In this document: positions 27,504 through 34,621 of the stretch, one piece after another | How the letters are laid out: every line of letters starts with the position of its first letter | How positions within the stretch are numbered: position 1 is the stretch's first letter | Assembly (NCBI GenBank): GCA_052389415.1 | Contig: JBQTHX010000081.1 | Location: 1-34,621 of the forward strand | DNA length: 34,621 bases | From: Nitrosopumilaceae archaeon | Lineage (GTDB): Archaea > Thermoproteota > Nitrososphaeria > Nitrososphaerales > Nitrosopumilaceae | Direction: 5' to 3' | Notes under the pieces: generated by a model | Told to the model about the DNA's origin: nothing | The model's input: only the letters and a program-made list of their open reading frames with translations | Databases searched by the model: none | Position numbers and translations under genes: made by a program

Positions 27504-27533
27504 GACCTGGAAAGGTCCTTTCCTTTTTCCTTA
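27504..27533 (+). terminator. Hairpin plus pyrimidine/T tract after the micropeptide ORF
   Basis: GACCT-GGAA-AGGTC (GNRA loop) followed by CTTTCCTTTTTCCTT. Confidence 0.5.
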
Positions 27534-27615
27534 CACACAAATATGACTTTTTTTCACGAAATTACCGAATACTCTGGTTTTTATGGAGAGACAATCCACC
27601 AATATGTGAAATCAT

Positions 27616-28530
27616 ATGGTTTTACAAACTTTCAATAAAAGTATGCTCTGCCCACGCTGTGGGAAAAATTCGATGGTAACTGATAATACCACTGGTGAAA
27701 GATTTTGTGGAGGGTGTGGGTTTGTTATCACAGAACGTGTTGATGATTCAGGTCCAGAATGGCGCTCTTTTTCAAAGGAGGAATACGATGATAAAAGCAG
27801 GACAGGTTCTCCAACGTCGCTTGCAATGCATGACATGGGACTTGCTACAGTAATAGGTCATGCAAATAAGGACGTAACTGGAAAGCCATTATCCGCTTCC
27901 ATGAGAAGTACGATTGAACGACTCAGAACATGGGATAGCAGAAGTCAAGCACACGAATCTTCAGACAGAAACTTTAGACAGGCATTTAGTGATCTTGGAA
28001 GACTAAAAGATAAGCTTGCACTTTCAGATGCAGTGATAGAAAAAACAGCTTATATTTACAGAAAGGCCCTTGACAAGGGTCTTGTAAGAGGAAGATCTAT
28101 TCCAGGCCTTCTTGCTGCAGCATTATACGCTGCATGCAGAGATAGTGGAACACCCAGAACTTTAAACGATGTCTCTAATGAAATAAATATCAAGAGAAAA
28201 GATGTTTCGCGATGTTATAGGTTACTTTTACGAGAACTTGATCTAAAGATGCCTGTAGTAGATCCAGTAAAATGTATGTCTAGAATAGCAAGCGAAGCAG
28301 GATTGACTGAAAAAGTAAAAAGGCGAGCCCTTACCATCCTAAGTGATGCAAGCAAACTAGAAATTACATCCGGAAAAGATCCTATGGGACTTGCAGCAGC
28401 GGCACTGTATCTTTCATGTGTGTTAAACGGAGAAAACACGACACAAAAAGTTATTGCAATGGCAGCCGGTGTAACCGAAGTTACAATACGAAACCGATAC
28501 AAGGGACTAAAAGAATCGCTTAATATCTGA
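27616..28530 (+). CDS. tfb: Transcription initiation factor IIB (TFB)
   Basis: Zn ribbon CPRC...CGGCG, GPEWRSF B-reader, two cyclin folds, GKDP.GLAAAALY and VTEVTIRNRYK. Confidence 0.97.
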   Translation: MVLQTFNKSMLCPRCGKNSMVTDNTTGERFCGGCGFVITERVDDSGPEWRSFSKEEYDDKSRTGSPTSLAMHDMGLATVIGHANKDVTGKPLSASMRSTIERLRTWDSRSQAHESSDRNFRQAFSDLGRLKDKLALSDAVIEKTAYIYRKALDKGLVRGRSIPGLLAAALYAACRDSGTPRTLNDVSNEINIKRKDVSRCYRLLLRELDLKMPVVDPVKCMSRIASEAGLTEKVKRRALTILSDASKLEITSGKDPMGLAAAALYLSCVLNGENTTQKVIAMAAGVTEVTIRNRYKGLKESLNI

Positions 28531-28626
28531 TCTTTTATCCAACTTGCTGATGTAATGTTAGATGTGTCAGTCATAACAGCATTTTGTAAAATAGCAAAGC
28601 TATAAGGGTTGGAACAAATGATATAA

Positions 28627-30831
<2,205 letters not shown>

Positions 30832-30903
30832 TTTTCATAAAATTGCTAACAGTGATTTTTAAAATATTTTTCGGATGCTTAGCTGCTTCTACCCAAAATC
30901 ATT

Positions 30904-31203
30904 CTAGCTTGTATCAACATTAACGGTACCTGATGATCTGACAAGACAAGTAAGATGCTCATCTTCTTTACAGGAATTATTTTTCCAATGTAGGGGACGG
31001 AGATTTGATAGATCATCTAAATTTCCATCCAATGTACGGTTTATCTGATTAATTTCCCATCCATAAGCAGAGTCATGATTCCCATATTGTGTTCTTTCAA
31101 TCCAAGCTCCGCATTGATCTTTTCTAAAATCATTTGGTACATTATACTCATCAATTTCAGCTTTTTGCCATACTTTTAAAATAATTTCATCAGGGAAATT
31201 CAT
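30904..31203 (-). CDS. Degenerate HNH-endonuclease-like protein
   Basis: VW.KA...RKD.CGAWI....YG...S.YGWEI....D...NLRPL.W.NN..K matches a small stand-alone HNH family, but the usual DH is NQ here. Confidence 0.75.
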   Translation of the reverse strand: MNFPDEIILKVWQKAEIDEYNVPNDFRKDQCGAWIERTQYGNHDSAYGWEINQINRTLDGNLDDLSNLRPLHWKNNSCKEDEHLTCLVRSSGTVNVDTS

Positions 31204-31211
31204 TCTTATTC

Positions 31212-31388
31212 CTATGTGGATTCTTCTGCGATAATTGGAGGTTCAGTTTTTAATTCCATTGTTGACCATCTTTTCTGCCCTGATGAATGTTTATTTTCTT
31301 CACATCTGACACAAACTTGAGATATATTATAGGTGTAGATACCACATTCACAGAAGGAACACTTGCACTCTACTGGTGATTTTGACAT
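31212..31388 (-). CDS. 58-aa Cys-rich metallothionein-like/zinc-binding protein
   Basis: Not in the track. MSKSPVECKCSFCECGIYTYNISQVCVRCEENKHSSGQKRWSTMELKTEPPIIAEEST fills the gap upstream of the HNH-like gene, 8 nt from its ATG. Confidence 0.72.
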   Translation of the reverse strand: MSKSPVECKCSFCECGIYTYNISQVCVRCEENKHSSGQKRWSTMELKTEPPIIAEEST

Positions 31389-31561
31389 ACTCTGTTTAGT
31401 TTTGTAACTATAATAGTCTTAGTTAATCAAACCATCTGCTAATTCTTTCAAAGACCTTGCAATTTTTTACTAGTTGTTTATCGATTCTTAGAAACTAACA
31501 CTAATTTAGTAGCCGAATTAATACAAGAAATCTTTATCAATTACTATCGAATCAATACCAC

Positions 31562-31909
31562 ATGGAAGTTAAAAGCGCAGCTGAAAGGTTGATTCGTCTT
31601 AGTCCATCAGTAAGAGTCGTAACTGTTTGTGATATGAATGGCAAATTACTTTTTAGCGCCCGTTCCAAGAGAGCAAAAATTCTACTCTCAAAAAAAGAAA
31701 GCATGATGTCTTTGCAATCTGCAGCTCGTTCATGGAAGGTACGAAGGCAACTAGAACGAAAGCTTGGAGCGTGCAAATATGTCCTTGCTGAATATGGCAA
31801 TGTTAAAAGAATTACAATGCCGGCTGGAAGAAATCACCTACTCTACATTACCACTACTGGATCATTCGATCACAACAAAGTGATCCGCAAGGTTCGTTCT
31901 TTCAGATAA
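31562..31909 (+). CDS. Roadblock/profilin-like small protein (thaumarchaeal DUF6659-like)
   Basis: SVRVVTVCDMNGKL...LG...Y..AEY..VKRITMP...LLYITT beta-strand pattern. Confidence 0.7.
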   Translation: MEVKSAAERLIRLSPSVRVVTVCDMNGKLLFSARSKRAKILLSKKESMMSLQSAARSWKVRRQLERKLGACKYVLAEYGNVKRITMPAGRNHLLYITTTGSFDHNKVIRKVRSFR

Positions 31910-31974
31910 ACCCTTTATTTTCCAAAAATATTATTTAGATATATAATTCCTCAGCATTGATTGTATTATTGTTG

Positions 31975-32226
31975 TTATAGCTGTCTTTTGCCTGTGCCTC
32001 TTCCAGAGCTAATCCACATTCCTTTTGTTGAAGTACCCTGTGTACTAGGAATGTCGCCAAATTTTATTTTCGTAGTGCCTCTTCCTACGGTAATAAAATT
32101 ATCTTTTGCTGCTTCTTTTCTTTGCTTAGAGTACTCTTTAAAGGCGTCACCAGACCAGTTTTGTTCTTCTTCTTTTTCTGCTACTCGCCTTGTTGTTCCT
32201 CTTCCTCCAATACGTATGTGAACCAT
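31975..32226 (-). CDS. Hypothetical basic protein with three GRGT repeats
   Basis: 83 aa from ATG 32226 (the track extends it to 32256); IGGRGTT, VGRGTT and SGRGTG. Confidence 0.68.
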   Translation of the reverse strand: MVHIRIGGRGTTRRVAEKEEEQNWSGDAFKEYSKQRKEAAKDNFITVGRGTTKIKFGDIPSTQGTSTKGMWISSGRGTGKRQL

Positions 32227-32309
32227 TATTTTATTCCTCGATATCAGATAGAACAATCATATTAATAAGATTATTCTAGTTTCAATCTATCTTGTCACTT
32301 AAAGCAAAA

Positions 32310-32612
32310 TCATCGTTTCTTTACTATTGCTGCAAAAAACAATACTAGAATTGCAAATGTCATTAGTTTCACTATAATACCAGTGATTTTTTCATCCAAA
32401 AACGGTAGGTAGTCCTCTATAGAATCAACAAATAGTTGTATAGCAAATAAAGCGAAAGCGGCAGCTGCAAATAGAATTTTCTTAATTCTAGTGTTTCGAT
32501 AAGCTGTGATAGATAATGCAAATAAAATTAAAGCAAAAGCCACAATTCCAAGCTCAATTCCACTTTCTATTCCAAATGGTTCGGTTTCTAAGAATAACTT
32601 GGGAAGGATCAT
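32310..32612 (-). CDS. Small three-TM membrane protein coupled to a wHTH regulator
   Basis: TM-AYR..R.KK-TM-TM pattern; ATGA overlap with the upstream wHTH gene. Confidence 0.78.
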   Translation of the reverse strand: MILPKLFLETEPFGIESGIELGIVAFALILFALSITAYRNTRIKKILFAAAAFALFAIQLFVDSIEDYLPFLDEKITGIIVKLMTFAILVLFFAAIVKKR

Positions 32613-33166
32613 TGTTTCTCCCCCTCTCTTGACAAATCCAAGAACATTTCTGCTAGTCTGTTACTCCATCTACTCCATAAACCTGGGTGATAATTTTTCA
32701 TTAATGAAACAATATGCTTGGGTTCAATTTTAAACAAATATCTCTTAAATTTACCATCTTTTAATTCCATAATAAAACCTAATTCAACTAGTCGTTTGAT
32801 ATGCCAACTTACTGATGCTGGAGATATTCCAATAAGATCGACGATATCAGTTTGGGTTGGATTTTTCTTTTCTAATATCATCATTAGGATCTCCCTTGCA
32901 GTTTCTTGATTCAAAATCTTGAGAATGTCCCTCTCATTTTGTTCAAAAAGTCCAATCGGAAAATAGTATTTGAAAAGATTATGTCTTTCAGAGGAGATCT
33001 TGCCCTGCTTTTCTAATAAATTAAGATGATACTGGGTTGTTCCCATCGATATTGTTAACTCTCTTTTTATTTGACGCAAGTGACACCCTGGATTTTCTTG
33101 AATGTACCGTAATACTTTTTCTGTATTACTATTTGACTCATCATTCACTACACACCAACTTCTCAT
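32609..33166 (-). CDS. Tandem winged-HTH (ArsR-like) transcriptional regulator
   Basis: YI..NPG.HLRQIKREL..SMGT.QYHL..LEK.GKI, and a second wHTH TQ.DI...IGIS.ASVSWHIKRL...G.I. The exact start is uncertain (GTG alternatives a few codons in). Confidence 0.88.
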   Translation of the reverse strand: MRSWCVVNDESNSNTEKVLRYIQENPGCHLRQIKRELTISMGTTQYHLNLLEKQGKISSERHNLFKYYFPIGLFEQNERDILKILNQETAREILMMILEKKNPTQTDIVDLIGISPASVSWHIKRLVELGFIMELKDGKFKRYLFKIEPKHIVSLMKNYHPGLWSRWSNRLAEMFLDLSREGEKQ

Positions 33167-33288
33167 TTATGCCAAAAATCATGATACAGTCAATTTTTTT
33201 CATCCTTTGATTGAATTTAGATCAGATGAATATATCGGTTCTAGTACATGTATCTAAATCAAAAATAATTCATTACTAAAAATAACCC

Positions 33289-33307
33289 TGATTAGATAAT
33301 CTGATCA
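33289..33307. promoter_or_regulatory. Candidate operator palindrome
   Basis: TGATTAGAT-A-ATCTGATCA (9-bp arms, 1 mismatch) between the divergent wHTH and secreted-protein genes. Confidence 0.45.
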
Positions 33308-33367
33308 ATTTTTTGATTAGGTTCTTGTCCCAAAATCGCTTTAATATTTGACACATAAGACTTCATA

Positions 33368-34099
33368 ATGAACTCCAAACAGACGTTGAAGATTGCAATT
33401 ATTGCCATTGTTGCATCTATTTTGATAACAGGAACATACAATGAGGTGAACAAGGCAAATGCAGAAAAAGAAGCGGAACCAAACTTTGAAGACTCTTTTG
33501 ACTTGGAAACATGCAGTTGGTCTACAACAGGGAGCAATCCATACTTTGTCTTGCAGCCAGGATATCAACTAGTACTGAAAGGAAAAGAGGGCAACTCGGT
33601 TGTTCAGCTTACCATCACAGTTTTAGATGAGACAAAAACTATACAAGATATTCCAACAAGAATTGTAGAAGAAAGTGAAACCAAAAACGGACAGTTGGTA
33701 GAAATCTCAAGAAACTATTTTTCTATCTGCACTCAGAACAACAACGTCTTTTATTTTGGTGAAGATGTAGACATCTATCAAGATGGTCGAATTGTCAGCC
33801 ATGATGGTGCATGGATACATGGAAAAGATGGTGCTAGAGCAGGATTGATGATGCCAGGGTCTCCAATAGTAGACTATGCCTATTATCAGGAAATAGCTCC
33901 TGGTGTGGCACTGGACAGGGCAGAAATTGAAAGTCTTGATGAGAGAGTCAAAACTCCAGCAGGTGTTTTTGAAGATTCGCTGGAAATTTTTGAAACTACT
34001 CCTCTTGAGCCAAATGCTGAAGATTTCAAATGGTATGCGCCTGGGATAGGATTAGTCAAGAGCAATACTCTGAAACTGGTTCAATATGGATACATTTGA
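33368..34099 (+). CDS. Secreted/membrane-anchored beta-rich hypothetical protein
   Basis: N-terminal signal/TM; NPYF.L.PG, V.YFGE, W..G.DGARAG..MP, Y.QE.APG, V.TPAG.F and K.YAPGIGLV motifs. Confidence 0.85.
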   Translation: MNSKQTLKIAIIAIVASILITGTYNEVNKANAEKEAEPNFEDSFDLETCSWSTTGSNPYFVLQPGYQLVLKGKEGNSVVQLTITVLDETKTIQDIPTRIVEESETKNGQLVEISRNYFSICTQNNNVFYFGEDVDIYQDGRIVSHDGAWIHGKDGARAGLMMPGSPIVDYAYYQEIAPGVALDRAEIESLDERVKTPAGVFEDSLEIFETTPLEPNAEDFKWYAPGIGLVKSNTLKLVQYGYI

Positions 34100-34212
34100 A
34101 AGGTAAGAACATTGAATCTTGTCCCCGATTTCCTTTCTTTTTTCTTTATAATTCAAAATTGAGGATTTCTGAACAAACATAATTTGGTGCAAGTTTTTTT
34201 AAAAAATTCAAG

Positions 34213-34309
34213 CGCCAGGTAAGGGATTCGAACCCGTGTGTGCCGAAGCACAACCGCTACCTTGTATTTTGATCTCGAGGCGGTCGCCGTACCACTTGGC
34301 TAACCTGGC
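34213..34309 (-). tRNA. trnS: tRNA-Ser(CGA) with a 15-nt intron at position 37/38 (intron 34259-34273)
   Basis: Acceptor stem GCCAGGT/ACCTGGC, G discriminator, anticodon stem ACCGC/GCGGT, loop CT-CGA-G[intron]A, long variable arm GTGC-TTCG-GCAC, T-loop TTCGAAT. Confidence 0.93.
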
Positions 34310-34402
34310 AACTGCAAGACTTCATACTATGATCAATAAATAGACTAAGTGATCAAATATATAATAAAAGATATAAAGTAGACTATTTATTATACAGATC
34401 AA

Positions 34403-34570
34403 TTGAAGACCATCTCTAAAAAAGTCGTCTCAATCGAGATTGGAGATAAAAAATATGCACTCTCAGATGACGTTACACTTGACATATTTTTGTCAAGCCT
34501 TGGCTTGGATGCAAGTGATATAATGCATCTCAAACCCACACGAGAAGGATTCAATCTATCTTTGAAATAG
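34403..34570 (+). CDS. Small hypothetical protein (55 aa)
   Basis: Not in the track. TTG start gives MKTISKKVVSIEIGDKKYALSDDVTLDIFLSSLGLDASDIMHLKPTREGFNLSLK; TATA-like GATATAAA at 34371-34378. Confidence 0.6.
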   Translation: MKTISKKVVSIEIGDKKYALSDDVTLDIFLSSLGLDASDIMHLKPTREGFNLSLK

Positions 34571-34621
34571 TGCAATAATTGATAGTGGATAGTTTATTAT
34601 TGATATCATGCTTGCTAATAT

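Noticed and set aside
27543-27638. 31-aa ORF overlapping the tfb start (MTFFHEITEY...)
   Set aside because: It spans the probable tfb promoter and has no supporting features; likely chance.

Overview
AT-rich, gene-dense chromosomal segment from an ammonia-oxidising archaeon (Nitrososphaerota/Thaumarchaeota, Nitrosopumilaceae-like). This placement is inferred from the gene set and protein style: TFB, CDC48, aIF1, Sec61beta, Tsr3, cofC/cofD, an archaeal RNase P RNA and an intron-containing tRNA. About 1-27 kb is mostly housekeeping or conserved content: partial FAD oxidoreductase, DUF1512, map, tRNA-Pro(TGG), a 1071-aa lamin-tail + repeat surface protein, tsr3, APC permease, RNase P RNA, cofDC, CPBP protease, aIF1, Sec61beta-DUF2070, a PD-(D/E)xK nuclease, peptide ABC SBP and permeases, a JAMM protease, an MDR reductase and TRAM. 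About 27.4-34.1 kb, next to the 3' end of an intron-containing tRNA-Ser(CGA), looks like a variable region. It holds a TFB, a CDC48 whose conserved N-terminus begins at ATA, a degenerate HNH, a roadblock-like protein and a wHTH/membrane/secreted-protein module. Items missing from the ORF track that I read by hand: the partial FAD oxidoreductase, Sec61beta, an 18-aa Lys/Ser/Ala micropeptide, a 58-aa metallothionein-like protein, a 55-aa ORF, three RNA genes and a ~100-nt intergenic hairpin. I found no integrase, transposase or CRISPR array. All family calls come from motif recognition, not database searches.
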